In this document: in pieces, positions 15,101 to 29,200 of the stretch
How positions within the stretch are numbered: the stretch's first letter is position 1
How the letters are laid out: each line of letters begins with the position of its first letter
Assembly (NCBI GenBank): GCA_004764695.1
Contig: SMSO01000031.1
Span: 8,166,761-8,230,760, forward strand
DNA: 64,000 bases
Origin: Schizochytrium sp. TIO01
Lineage: Eukaryota; Protista; Bigyra: Labyrinthulomycetes
Reading direction: 5' to 3'
Position numbers and translations under genes: made by a program
Notes under the pieces: generated by a model
Database searches by the model: none
What the model saw: the letters and a program-made list of their open reading frames with translations, nothing else
Told to the model about the DNA's origin: nothing

Positions 15101-16570
15101 AGTCAAACACCTGACATGGAACTTCAACAGCAATATTCTGTATTGTACTGAAAGTCTGTAAGAGTGCTGGTGTATATCCGCTGTGACGTCCGTTCGTTGC
15201 AGCAAAGGAATCCATAACCCACTCTTCATCTGATAAGAGGCAAGGAAATTCTGCTTTTGTGGTTGTTACTGTATGTTTTGTCTTTTCTTCGAACCCAGTG
15301 GCGCACAGCTCATGGCCACAGACACCAGCCCCCAGATCAAAATCGCTAAGATATAGAACACGCGTTGTGCGCTCTTGGTTCGGTAGTGTGAATGTCTTTC
15401 GCTGCGGTGCACATATAAAAGACCCATCTTTGGATGCTTCTTTACGCTCTGTTCCTCGAGTACTCACATTTGATATTCGTCGTTTCCGTCTTTTCCGAGA
15501 AGGACCAATTTTGATTAGACGAGTTGTGTGAGCACACAGGAGTTTGAAGGCTGGGCTATACGCGTTTGCAATACGCGAGCTCATGGAGTCTTGGGGTGAT
15601 GCAATTGAAAACATACGAGCTTGTTTGGTGGGTACTGGCTTTGCATTTACGAGTTTCTTTTCATTACCTCCCTTTGTAATGCTTCTCTTTAGAGGAGAAT
15701 CAGGCACGGCTCTCCGAACAGTTTCGTCTCTTTCTTCGCGTAGCTCTTCTGGAACGCGGAGACGTGCAGCACGTCTTGGCGATGCCATGCGCGGATGATT
15801 TTTGTTAAGAGGATGTCTCGGGCGGTGGGGAACTGTAGGTGTCAATTCAGTCAATGTTTGTGTTGGGCCTGATACATAGGATCTCCAACCAGAACGCACA
15901 TGCCTTACCTCTTCAGAACTTTGCTTCCACTTCAAGGTTCGTCTTCTCCATTTGCTTGGAGATACCGGGCCAATAATGTTTGACACGTGATCCTCCTCGT
16001 TATTAGATTGACTACCCATAGCGTTTATTTGTGGCGGCGCCAGTGAAGAGTATTCAAGGTCACATTCAACGCGATCTTGTTGTTCTTCCATTCCATTATT
16101 TGACGCTGGGTTTGATGTCTGCAAACAATCATTGTCCTCCAAGCGATCAGAGGGACTTTCTTTATTTCCGTAGAATACAATTTTGGGATTACTACTAGCA
16201 GAGGAAATACCAGCGAGAAGGACCTCTTGTTCGTTATCCTCGTCTCCATCTCCATCGCTGTCTCCTTCCATGTTTTCATCAACCTCCCCGCGGAACTTCG
16301 CTCCGGGCGCAGAAAATACAAGCTCTCTTGTGATTAGACGCTCTATCAGAGTGCCTTTTTGCGTGTCGATTCTTGCTTGTGTATTTTCTGTAGATTGGAT
16401 TGCACCAAGAATTGCATCCATGGCTCTATTGAAGTCGTTTTTATTTATCGATTAGTTCATTATATGTTAGATGTCCTTATTCTCCAAACTATTAAACATA
16501 TTTGATGAAGCTTTACTTACCTATCCCAATCAACATCTTCTCCTCGTCCATTGTCTTCGTCGAGGTCCAT
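1..16570 (-). CDS. Divergent axonemal dynein heavy chain-like protein, 3'-truncated by the window edge. Exon 1 16521-16570, intron 16426-16520, exon 2 16425 to <1 (~5,490 aa in window)
   Basis: Manual translation of sampled minus-strand segments, all in one frame. AAA1-like RLVISPVTLQCLRAM...LLGPEARGKTATIREL...WGLIEDFDQL (~9000-9260; consensus RLVITPLTDRC..GPAGTGKT..WGCFDEFNRL). AAA2-like GIILVGPPATGKS (~8103-8140) and WLILDGP (~7670-7695). Linker-like LRARHWRQI (~11425-11455). Stalk-like coiled coil near 4270-4480. Exon 1 MDLDEDNGRGEDVDWD ends AG|gtaagt, with a CTAAT branch at 16451-16455 and an in-phase TAG acceptor at 16426-16428. The ORF track lists nothing in this frame, as expected for a stop-free ORF running off the end. 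Confidence 0.88.
3069..3122 (-). repeat. (GAT)18 trinucleotide repeat encoding poly-Asp inside the dynein-like CDS
   Basis: Perfect atc x18 on the plus strand, read as Asp in the dynein frame. Confidence 0.9.
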
Positions 16571-18247
16571 GATTAGGTATTTAAGTGGCCACTCGTTCGA
16601 GCTCTCAGTAGAAGGTTGGCAATCTTAATCACCCAATAGGCAGGTAAGTTCAACCGACGAAGGCCACTCCAGCCTCCTGGCACTCGCCGCACTTTAGGAC
16701 ACGACCAGTTTAAGACAATTGTGTGATTTTGACTCTACGCCACGTTGCATGATACGTATTTACTTCGCCAAGTTGGGCTGCGCTGGGCTGGGCTAGTTTG
16801 CTTCACCGTTTATCCGGTGAATTCTAACTAAATATACTAGGATACCCTTAGTGGTCGTAGTAGTCCGAGGGCCACGTGCTGATGACAAGTATTCTAAACT
16901 ATAAATCTCAAGCTTGAAGAAAGCAATCTGAAGAACACCAAAACATCAAAGATAACCGTAAATTTAATTTAACAGCTCAACTGAGTTGTTGAATCTTTAA
17001 GTTTAGGATTGGGGAATAATTTGGCATATACTCAGAAATAGAAGTCAATGCACACAAAAAATACGGATATTTAGCAGGTCTAGATAAAATTAAATTTGCA
17101 ATAAACATGTTTGAAAGGTTTGCTGTATGTCAATGCACAGGGAGTCTAATTTTCATTATATTTAAGGAATTATTCGTTCTCAAAAGAGAAATAGTCATTT
17201 TCCACAATGACATGTATGCATTTACAAGAAAGTAAAGCAAATCCAATTTTGCATATATTTAATGACAAGTTAGCATATCATATGAATGATTAGTTTGCGA
17301 GAAGCTCTATACAAAGAATTTTTCATTTGGAGCTTTCCTATACATGGATTATGATGTCATTCGACAAGCATCGGTGGTGCTAACTCACTTTGACGTATCA
17401 ATTCTTAATGTTCATACAATCTAAATAAATATAAACAACAGGACGCGATGGATAAAAGTTTGTTTTTTAAGTTTATTGCTACTATCGACATTTTTCTGGT
17501 TATATGCTCTTGCATATGCTCGATTTATGTTTGGAAGATCGAGTGAGCAGCACACAAACATATGACTTTGATCAGCTTTTAACAAGCGAATTGTAATATT
17601 AAGCACCTTAGAAGGAGGAAAAATCGACATTTATCAAATATCATGGTTATTTGAGTAATCTAGCATCATGGCTCCGATTTGAAGGTTGGTTCTCAACTTC
17701 AATGTGTGCCTAACCGGTGGTATTAGTCTCAGCAAACCTTAACGAAAATTTCAAAATTAGGTTTCTGCAGGGTTGTGTTTGACTGGCTTCAGAAATTCTC
17801 ATATATTCATCAGTTTAGATCTGTATACTGACACCTTAACGTCTATTTCATAGTGTTAAAGCGTCGAAGTCATTCCGCATATTTTCTCAATTTCCAAAGG
17901 TTTCTTTGGTTGGGCCTGTTTGAAGACGCTCTACATCAAACAAGTTGTCAACAGAATGTTATATATTTAATGGCCAATGAATTACTACGAAGGAACGTTC
18001 GTGATGTTTAGAAATACTTATTCCCGACCATAAATGGTATTAGGTGGTACAAGTTATAGGCAGTGATTCTTGAAATCTTAGCCTCTCCTGCAAGGTTGAC
18101 TTTTACTACCACTTCGACAACAAGGAAGAAAGTAATACCATGGCAAACATGATGTGGATTAACAAAAGGTGTGTCATGTTTGATATCAGATTTATGATTC
18201 CTTTTTTGACAGAGTTGAACTCATAACGCAATGCCCATATAAGATGC

Positions 18248-18807
18248 TCAAGCGCTATACTCAACAGATTCTATTGCCTCATAGGTTGTTTCAGATCGAG
18301 TTGCATCTGTATCTGCTGCTGCTTTTGCAGCTTCTTGTCGAAGTCGACTCCGCTCAAGAGCTGCGGCCTTCCTCTCAGCCTTCTGCTTGGCAAGACGTTC
18401 TTGAAGATCACGACGCTCGTCTTCAATACGTTGGGTATATTCGCGTTCCTGTTCTTCCTTTTCACGCAGTAGATCTTTGATAAGGCACTGCATCAACGAT
18501 CCGTGCGAGATATTCTGAGGCAAGGCAAGCTGTCTTCGCTCACACTCCTACATTGCGGTAACAGGTTAGTCGGATTCAAGAAAGCAGCGAAACAAAGATG
18601 TGGATATGCTGGTATTGTCATCAAAGAATGTATACCAAGTTCAATGCTGGCCATAGTTGGTATAACATTGGTAAACCTGAGATGTTGTCGCTGATATTAT
18701 CACATTATGTTGCAATACCAAAAACTTACTTGACGAAGTTCGTAAACAGAGGCTCCATGAACATTGTCCAGTGTAAACTGCTTTGCCTCTTGATTAGAGC
18801 CCATCAT
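18248..18807 (-). CDS. Small hypothetical protein (~125 aa), SAP/HeH-like N-terminus plus charged coiled coil. Exons 18730-18807 and 18248-18547
   Basis: Exon 1 MMGSNQEAKQFTLDNVHGASVYELRQ|gtaagt joins in phase 0 via tgtag to ECERRQLALPQNISHGSLMQCLIKDLLREKEEQERE...EYSA*. SVYELRQECERRQL..LMQCL resembles SAP/LEM helix-extension-helix spacing, judged by eye only. Confidence 0.7.
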
Positions 18808-19584
18808 TCTACGCTATCCTTGACGGCTTTCAAATAACAATAAGGACGGCAAACGTGACAAAGGTTGTGTGGTGAGGCTGTTTTGGGCCAGGTCAGGAGC
18901 AAGAAGTCTAGCACAACGGCAATACGTGTCGCAGAAAGTGAATTTACAGAAGAATACTCCACCAACGAAGACGAGATGAGGTTAGTAGTGTGTCTGCGCT
19001 ATGCTCCAAAACCTTTTGACCTTTGGAACCTGTAGGAATCAAGCCTCTCCGACAGGCTGGGTGCTTCTTGTGTTTCTGATGCCTTAAATGATTCATCATT
19101 CAACAAGGAACAGTTGTGTCGGTTTCACAAAACTACCAAATACCGTTGCAAATATTATGAAACGGTTCAACGGATGGATTGTACCAATAGGTGTGCACCA
19201 TGGCGCGATAGAACTAGAACATCGAGATCCATGTGGATGCCGCGCACGTGTTTTAGCATGAAATATGCGTATAGACGAGCGACTTTGCCATTATCTTGGT
19301 TGGTGATAGTGATACTTGAACTCCTGTTGCTTGTTTTCGTCATACTTTGCTAGGCTAAATATATCTCCTCATTAGTGTGACACCCTTGCCTTAGGGGTAA
19401 AGAGTTGTTCGAAAGAGGCCTCCTGGCAGCACGCGGGTTTGGACTCTTATTGCTGGTGTAGTCAGACCTGCTCGGACTCTACTCGAGGGAATACATAGAT
19501 TCTGTGTTGATTTTGCAGTTGCAGCTCACTGCCATTGTCAGGAGGAAGGGAAGTTTGTAGAGTAGATTGTAAATCGTGGGCATC

Positions 19585-20217
19585 ATGGCAACAAAGGATG
19601 CCCCTTCAGAGGTTTCGATGAACCAGATCTGGCGTGAGGTCATTCGTCGTGAAAACAATGTCTTACGAAAGCAAGAAAAAGTATATTCGTGCAACTTGAA
19701 TGCATTGCGAAAGGATCGAATCACCGAGGCGCCGGGTTTCCGTGCAGAACGTCGGCGTGAGCTCACTGCTGAAGAGGATGGTAAGTTGTCGTGACCTGTT
19801 TGTAGGGTGGTGCTCTTAGCACGAGAGCATTGTGGGTGTCTAACTATACATTCTTTCTTATGGTGCCGATGACGAATATCGTACTTTGTTTTCTACTTTA
19901 CAGAGGAGGCCACTAAAATCTTGGAAAGCTACGGATTTAAGACCCGTGAACACGATCCATCCAATATTCGTGTTCCTGTTACTTCTAGTGGGCAAGTCGG
20001 GTACGTAATGATCATAGAATAAACATCAAAGTATAGAGGAATGTGGAGTTCATATTTAGCTAACTTCGATTTGTGTGCTTCTATATGTAGAAACTTCATT
20101 CACTTTGCTTATCCGGATGAGCGCCGCACGGAGAATGTGCGCAAGTGCTGCGAGGAGACCAAATACGCAAAGAATTTTGCTAGTATGACTGGAAAGTCAG
20201 CATTTGCTAAGCAGTGA
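19585..20217 (+). CDS. CFAP144/FAM183-like ciliary protein (139 aa). Exons 19585-19780, 19904-20000, 20091-20217
   Basis: Canonical donors gtaagt/gtacgt and acceptors tacag/tgtag give 420 nt in frame. Motifs NQIWREVIRRE, PVTSSGQVG and EETKYAKNF resemble FAM183/CFAP144-type ciliary proteins. The gene model is firm; the family call is moderate. Confidence 0.7.
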
Positions 20218-23200
20218 GTCATTTTCACAACAATAGGCTAAATAAAGCCCACGATGATATACTTAGAAACCGCCACCTCTTAGACTACTTTCAAAGTCGT
20301 CTTTAAAATAAATAAATAATTATAAGAGAATACTGTTTATCTGCTTAGTTGTTTCTCGGTTTTGGTCTCGGCAAACATAATTCTGTAAGCTTAAATCAAG
20401 GTTTTTCACTCCATGACGCTATTCGATGATGTTAAAATTTCCATCACACCATCGCTCAGGACTTTTCTTTGGATACTTCTTTAATACTCTTTGGTTCATC
20501 CGAGACTCCGCACCCTCTCATATTCTACCAACTTGTAATTTCTGGAAAATAGACAATCAAAGTCTACCTTGGTATGTTCCAGCGGGTTTGTTAATTCCAG
20601 TAGTAAGGTGTATTCGCCGAGCCCTCGGTAACGGCGCGGTTCTTCACAAGAACCCGGAAAATCGAAATCTAGTAAGAAGCATGAATTGGGTATTAATCCG
20701 AGCGACCTTGATATGGCTTAGTAACTGGAGGGACTGTGCTATCGCAAATGCACTTTTAAAACATACAAATCTACATTTACATACCTTTGGCGTCTATGGG
20801 AAATCTTTAAGCCAACCCGAGTTTGAGAATTTACACAGGTCGGGGGACGATGGAGGTAGCCTGTAGCTCCCAGAGGTTGTGTCGAATAGACTGCTACGTG
20901 CAGATGCAGCAGTTGATTCTAGGCGCCTGCGCAGGGTCTACTAGCCCCTGGTTCTCAGAAAGCCTGTGTATTCAGCAGCACAACTTTGCAGTTGCAGTAA
21001 GACTCCGGATAACTGATGATGATTACCACAGTGGCACGAAGATGGTGTTAACTTAGGCTGACGTAGTTTTGCGGCCATGCATTGACGATGAGTGCAGTTG
21101 CGTTCCTGAGCGCTCGGAGCGGTAATAACTTCGGGTTATAGGGTGCTAATCAAATCTTCATCTTTAAGGTGTGACGTTCCAATGGTGGCGATGACTTTTA
21201 GACGCGCCATGGTTTCTTAGAAAAAACTTGTAATTCATTTGTAAATGAACTCCATCAACAGGTACGAAAAAGTTAGATTATCTGTGCTTTGAAGGGGTAC
21301 CTGCCTACTTTGTGTCCGTGGGCCAGCCTTAGCTTCACCAACTTGAAGACGTTAAAGTATAGAGGGTGTTTCTTCAGAAACGCATTTAGTAGTCATATCA
21401 CCTTCTCATTGAACTTGTGAAAACAATGTCTATCCCTACTTAGGTGCTATTTATTCACACCAAAGAAGCTTGAAAGAAAAGCAAGCAAAAGAAGAAGAAG
21501 AAGAGCACCCACACACTAGTAGACTATACTTCTAGAGTACCTGCTGCCTAATCACTTATATTTAGAAAGCAATAGAGTCGTCGCTTTATAGCAACATGGC
21601 TGCCGCCGAATCACAGATGCAGAATCGTGAGCTAGTTTGACAGTCGATAGGCTTCTGGTTAATTGGAGCATGGTGCTGCTTCACACATGAGAGCAAAATA
21701 ATCAAAGGTTCCATCGTAATCGTAGCTGACTATACCGGGGCGAGGGAATTGCGGGAATCTGCACCGAGATTGAAGATTGGGCATAGGAGGACCTGGGCAA
21801 CTCTTTTACTCCTAATGACTAAAACTACTCAGCAGAAACCTGAATTTGGAGAACCACGAGTAAAATTCCAATTATATGTTCTATTGGCGGAGCGAATACT
21901 TAAGCTCTCTCTCTCAGTAGGTTCATGTTGGATGCAAGATTCGCAACATGTAAAGACGACTATACTCATCATTTGGGCGATTATATAAACAGGAGACAGA
22001 CTTTTATGGGTGTAAAAAGATCTCAAGCTATGCTTTGAGTATATCAGACATTTGTCACGTTAAAAGTCAGCAGTGCCGATCTCTTTCCACTACTAGCAAG
22101 AGGTATGCAATTGCACGAGTCATTCCCAATAACTTTAGAGAAGGCTGTATATTTACACAAATGCAGGTCATTGTTCTCCTGACTAAAACTGCACAGAGTG
22201 CACGGGGCTACTGAATTTGAGTGAACAACTCGAAGCCATTTTTCTCTTAGAGTGTGAGTAATCACGATTTCTAAAACGATGTCCCTACTGCTATGATCGT
22301 TGTGGCCGGGGTTCTTCCGCCCCAGCGTGATCATCTTTCCTTAACCCGAAAGTTGTAGCTGTATCATCAGGCCTGAGATAAAAGCACAGCAAACACAGCA
22401 CACTCATTTCCTGTAATACGAATTGGCATAAAAGCAAGGAGAAAAAACCGACATCACTGTAATGAAAGGTATTAATAAGTAGTCCTTGCTACTGTTAGGG
22501 CTACTACGGTATTTATCCTGTTAATTATACTAACTTGGAATTAAACAATTTTATTTTATAAACAAAATAAATAATAAGTAAAATTAAAAAAAAAAACATA
22601 AAAAAATAAAAAAAATTCCTTTCTTTTTCCTTTGGCTCTTATAGAAGCGAGCCGCCTTACCTGATCATCTTATCACCTTATCAAAGTGGGGACATGGTGA
22701 GGCACGAGCCTTTGCACTCAGGCCTTTCTCAAGGTCGGCTTAACGTGAAGTTGTTTATAGCCGGCTTGTGAGGCCTTTTGAAAAACCAAAATTATAATAC
22801 CCTACTTACTCCTTCAAGTTACGAAAGAGGAGCTAGAAAGGACTCCTTGGACTTGTCAAAGACGAACTTGAAAATTCAACGTGAGCGAGGCTCAGGACAA
22901 CTTGAGCTTTAAAATTTGCACACGGACAGCTCCATCTAGCAGCTTCAACTTCAGCTCTACCAGCCTTGTGTGTTTTGTTGCCATCGTTACCATGGCTGAC
23001 TTCTTCCTCCTCATCAGGCATTCTCTTTCTTGATGGCGATGCCGATGCCCTCGTAATACCGATGTAGCGTTACGCAGTACTTGCAACTACTTCAAGCCCA
23101 GTGGGTTCCGCACGTGCATCTAGACACGAGGATGCTGTGAACGTGCCTATCAACAACAGCGCGTACCTACTCCCTGATCTTTAATTGCCGGCCTGCAGCG

Positions 23201-26200
23201 CCTGTAAGCCCGCGAAATAAACGCCCTGCGAGGTCTTGTGCTAGCGTTCAAGACAGTGGGCACGCGGGCAGGTTAGCTGCAAGACCTGGTTTGCTCACGG
23301 CTGTTGACGTGGACCAACGAATATCACAGACGGTCCTCTGTTTGACTCGAGTTTAACTTTCAACCCACGTCGAAGCTTTTGCAGGAGAGACTAAAGTGCG
23401 ACCCGGAGCCCAATGGAGAAGACCTCGTCCGGCCGCTGCTCTGCTGTCGACGTGGCGGCGAGGATGGGAAAACTTACCATCGCTGCTGCATCTTTGTGAC
23501 CGCACTGGCCTGTCAGCTGGGTGACTGGTTGCCTGCTGACCGACTTCTGCGACGATCTTCACGACGAACTTGCTCGAAGAGAGCAGCAGTCAGCCGAAGC
23601 CCGCAGCCTTTGCAAAGCCTAGACTGCTAGCGGGCGGCTAGGCAGTCCTAGCGGGCGGCGTATGGTAGCACTCAGAGAGCGCTGCTAGAGTTTCCGGTAG
23701 CAGCGCCTAGTACCGTGCCGGCACTAAAGGGAATCGTGAACAATCGACAAATTTCAAGTTGGAAGCTCTTTACAGAAAAGCAAACTTTGTTTTATTGAGT
23801 TTAGAAACCGCGACTGCTCAGTACTTTTTTGAAGCATAGAAGAAGGAATTGGCAGTAGTACCCAGGTAGGGCAGGTAGGGAGTGGAGCTAATGAATGGAA
23901 CTGGAAATTGGAAATGAATTTTGAGGAGGGATGGAAAATAAATCGATGCAAAACGACTACCTCCAGCTAAGTAATGCCTGCTTACCCCACTAACTCTACT
24001 AGGTAGAAGGCCCAGAAAGAAGACCAAATCAAGACGATGAACAAATACATTGTAGTGCAAAGCAAAGCAAAGCAAAGTAAAGCAAAGCAAAGCAAGCCAA
24101 TCGCAGCTACGCTTGATAGATAGCTCGAAGTTGGAACCATTCCAGCTAGACGGAGCATTTGCTTCCGCTTCGGTGCGCCACGATGATTGCAACGACTAAA
24201 ACTTGTTGGCCAAGCCATCCCAAGTGTCACCTTTTTTGATAAAACAAACGGCAGTCAGTCAAAAGTCGAGGGCATTGGACTAGCCAAGAAGGACACCAGC
24301 CAGCCAATTAGTCAGACTGATCGCGAGTTAATTTGATTTTCGCAGAACTGAGTTGCTGTGGAATTTTTAATTTATGCTTGCTTTTATAGATACTAACTTA
24401 TGCATACTAAAGACAAAATCTCTCCCCAATTTCGTCCAAGCTATACAACATCTCAAACGAAGTGTAATGCGGCGGTCAACTTCAATTTGATTATCCTACG
24501 TAGAGTAGAACTTGTAAATCGTGTGCACAGTGGCAACAGCGACAAGAGAAGGGAACAGAGCTCTGGGTGACGTAGAGCTGCTGTTTTGATTCATTGAGTA
24601 TGCGTTGAATTTGAGCGACCGAGCGAACAAGTGCGTGAATGATTCAATGAATACTCAACTAGCTCAAGCCTAGAGGGACAACCAGGTCCCATGAGAAATT
24701 TAGCAACATGACTTCAACTTGAAGTCGTTCAAAAGTAGCTATCAATTATTTGGTTTTCCCAAGCTTTATATTGATTCTGAGCAGTCCAGCTCAACCATGT
24801 GCCGTCCAGCGCTATTAGATAAGCATGCAGCTCGTGAAGACGTCATTTGTTACTCTGCTACCCAGCGAGTGAATAAAGAGTTCGCTCGTGAGTTCTTGGA
24901 GTAAATTGATGCTAATTTTGGTTTCTATCATTGCTCAAGCTGGTTTCCTGGCTACTTCAAGTCATTCATTTGATTGCGCAGGTGGACACTTTGAATTAGC
25001 CCACGCAGCAAGCAGCACTAGTACTGCTACCATTGTCCACAACGACATTATCGATGGTTTACAATGATCGTATCAACCCTGATGTTGTCCTGAGCGAGGT
25101 AACATTGAGTCCCTCTAATTTTTGTGCTACGACGGCAACGACGAAAATGTAAATATAATCCGCACGAAGGTTGATCTTGAGGTGTATTTTGCTTTTTAAG
25201 TTGAACTTGAGTGGTCATTTAGTTGAGCGTCGAGTTGAAGATTTCAGAGTTGGAAACATGATCAATCATATGAAAATCCGCAAACATGTTACTTAGCGCC
25301 AGGATGTTGGTGAGACCCCGGCCTCAGACCTCTACAAGACATGTCAGCTTAAGAACCCAGGCTGAGGTAAAAAACCAGACAGATTGAGCTTGAACTTCAA
25401 GTAAATCTTGTCTCTCTACACACTCGGCTGCTCAGCACTGGAGGTGGTCCAGGTCGGTGGCCTCGGCCTTTTCGCACACCCCTCTTTAACAGACAAAATT
25501 ACCACCGCACATGATCATCCATGATCTCCTGCACAATCTTGAAGTTTTACTTCGCGATCCTCTTTTTGTTGCACGAGAGTGCCTTCAGGGTGCAGTAGCA
25601 TGACTGAATGGTGGCCATCCGATTCTGCAGCTCAGCTGCGCCGCAATGAATGAATGGATGATCATCACGATTGGTCAGGCCTCTCTTCGTGATCGCTGAG
25701 CATCATCCCTGCGATGCCCCGGGTCTCGTAATTATATTTTGTTTAAATAATTTTTTTAATTTGAAAGAAAAAGAAAAGAAAACTTTGAAGAAAGCCTTGA
25801 GGTAAAAGCGGCAAAAAACGACAACTTGCTACAGTTTATCAAACCAACCGATCTTCAATTCTTTGCAATCGTTTTCGATTTCAAGATAGACGCCATCAGC
25901 ATTAACGTAGCACCATCCCTTGGAGCTTTTCAAGTTGAACAAGAAAATGTCTGCCGTTGTTTCGCTGCTTCCATGACGATCTTGCCATGATCGAGATGGC
26001 GATTTGAGAGGATGTTCGTTCGCAAGGATATCTTCAAGTTGTTTTCGGACAGGTGGACCATCGGTTGCAAGCTTGAAGTTGAACGACCCCGGCGAAGGAG
26101 GGAGCGTTTCACATCAGCAGGATTCTGATGAGTTGTTAACGAGTATGAGCAAAGTTTCGACCTTCGTGACCACCTTCTCTAAGGATCTCCATCCTTCAGA

Positions 26201-29200
26201 ATTTAATCGCAAGGTGCCTAAGTTTAATGTTCAACATTGTGGTCTGTCTGATCACGTTTCGAGCGGGCGAGCGAGCGAGTGAGTGAGTGAGTGAGTGAGT
26301 GAGTGATTGAGTGAGCGGATGAGTGAAGTCAAAGGCCGTGCAGAGATGAGGGTGTTTTCTAAAAACCCTGAGAAGCAAGCCAACGAGGGAGGTGGCCCGG
26401 CCCACTTGAAGTCCTTCCCATCAGCGGAGGTGGCTTCGAAGCGGCTGCCTAATTGACTGACTGACTGACTGCTGACTGACTACACGAAAACAGGCACTGG
26501 GTACGAGCAAACCTTCACTCAAATTGCAGTAGGTAGTTAGCCACCGAGGTAGCGGCACGTACCCTATATATGTTAAATGTTTGTGCAATGCTAGTGGACA
26601 GGTAGGTAGGGCTATGCACTTAGAAACAGCGCTCCGTGCGCGATTGGCGGCCTTCTGGGATAACGATGCCAGTGGTGACAGCGTTTCCGATTCCTGCACT
26701 GATCAGACTAAGTCAGCAAAGATCGAGGACAATGCGTTCTGGTAAATCTTCAGACCGACGATTCGATTGGTGGTGCACTTGGATAAGTAGTTCTGCAGAT
26801 CCGGCTCGGTGGCCTTGGAGTTCTGAAGGAATACTAGTAGGCCACTTATGGACAATGCTAAAACTGCACGATCCACCAGGGTTGCCGAGTCTTGCCTTGA
26901 AATTTGGCTGTGTGGATTCGTCGTCACGTGTGGAATCCACCAGGCTGGCCTGGATTAGGGTGGCCGGTGCGGCGATCTTTGGTATCTTGCCCAACCATAA
27001 GACTTGGAAAATGATTGGCTGAGAAACTGCATGGGATCCCAACTCGAATTCCAAGATTATTGCTCATCTCATGGGTCATGGTAAAAATAAAATTCAGAAT
27101 TCAGAACTCATAATTTCCATGCACACACGCACAAAAGAATCCAACAACTATTAGCATCCCTGGACTTGGACATTGGGGCTCTTCGCTGTGTCAGATCTGG
27201 AGAACGTAAGCTCTCGTGCAATACAACTTTTGTATGCTAGCAGAGTAATTTATTTCCCAATGCTCACATGGCACGCACAGGGCCTGTGCACGCGCCACTG
27301 CCTCGGAAGTATAATTAATTCTAAGTAGCTGTGTCCACAACATTTCTTACGAAGTTAGATCACTGTGATACTCAGCTCTATGCCAATCCGGTTAGGGAAT
27401 AGAGGCGGTCCCGTGGAGATGGCGATAGCTTAAAGAAAAACCCAAAGGTCGCGACCTGATTTCATCACAGCAAAGTAAGTAAGTAAGTAAGTAAGTAAAT
27501 AAGTAGGTACCTACCTACCCTCGTATGTCATCGTGATTTCTCCTTCTTTGAAGCTTTAAAAATTGATATACATATTTAATTTTTTTTTTTCCAAGTTTAA
27601 TTCACCCCCCTTTAAACACATCATTTATTGAATACTATAGGGAGTTGAACACTTTTTTAAAACTTTAAAACTTTGAAAAGAAATTAAAAATTGAGAACAT
27701 TTATATTAAAAAAAAGAAGGCATTTTACTTTCTCTCAAGACTTGGGCAAAACAAGCTCGTCGATTTGTCGCTGCGTCTTGTCAGAACTCAAAGATAATCA
27801 ATGGACGACTTTTTCTTTTGTTTTTAGAAATAAATTAAAGTTCGTCTCCTCATCCAACAGCGTTGGTTTCACGAAGCATCGCGTCGCTCTTAAAATAAAA
27901 GAGAAGGGGGACGAGACTACTGTGAAGAGTCTCCTCTTCTCACTAATTTATGCTAATTAAAAAGACAAGAACAAAAAAAGAGTGTTAGTAATGATTGATA
28001 AGAAAGGTAGCTTGGAAGCAGCTACTGTGGGAAAAGAGAACTCCTCTAGATTTCATACCTCCTATACACACTGGGCTTGTAGGTCGCAGTGTGGGTGGAG
28101 GTGAAAATCGGAAAAAGGGAAATTCAAATATTTTCCCCCTCAGAAAATGAGAAGCGAACCACGGGAGCACGTCACAAGAGATAAAGGGATCTTCTCCTCT
28201 GGCTTGAAGAGGGAGCTGAGAGAAAGAATGAAGTAAACCAGTCAATCAAAGAAAGAAAGAACGAAAGAAAGAAAGTGAATGACTGAATGAGTGAATAAAT
28301 GAGTGAAAGAAGGAAAGAGAATGAATGAATGAATGAGTGAATGAAAGAACCTCTCGGAAAGTCCGAGGTTTTCAAGTCAACTCTCGAAAGTTGAAACCCA
28401 AGCGGTTCGTTGAGGTTGAGGCAAAGCAGGCCCCACGATTTCGGATTGTAAGCAGTCAGGTACAGGCTCTGTCCCGCAAATATATTGCTGCTGTGCATGA
28501 TACACAGCAGCCTGCGAGCCCTCTCTGCCAGCCTCCTCCTCCAGCCACGCTGTCGTTATAATTTTGCAATTTCACTACTTTTACTATGGATGATCAACTC
28601 GAAGTTTCAAGTTCGCTCTTTCTTTCCTGAAGGTAAACTCAAATACAGCGCAGACCTAAACGGTGAGGGAAGAGGTGCAAAATAGGACAAAGTATGATTC
28701 ATGGTGGCAATAAAGGAGAACTAGAATCGGCGGTTCTGCAATGTCATTGGTCAATGACGCTTAGCAACGCTGATATTTAGCGATCGAGGCGCTAAATACA
28801 ACTGCATTTCTATTATATCAATTGCAGAACTTGAAAGCCTTCTAAAGTTGAAAAGCAGGATTTGTGGTACCACCTAGTCTGGTAAGTACACAAACTACCA
28901 AACCATACTAAAGTCAACTAAAGTAAACTAAAGTAAACTAAAGCAGTAAAACAAAATAAAACCATGCGGACAAAGCAAACTTGGCAAACTTGGACTTACG
29001 AGCGCTCCGCTTCGAGTGCCTCGCAGAGCTTGCGTCGCCGAGACCAACTGTCCCCTCTCAGGCTCAGCCCCTGCGCATTATCTGGGGCCTGAGCGTCTCA
29101 GCTGTCGCTGACCGGAAGACGCGAGCGAGGGAGACCTCGAACCGAGGGTAAAACTTGTAGTATTAGCGGCCCCAGAACAGGAGCACCTCTCCCCGGCTCC

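Noticed and set aside
22830-23720. GC-richer patch with short ORFs and a small ctagcgggcggc duplication
   Set aside because: No supportable product or element boundaries.
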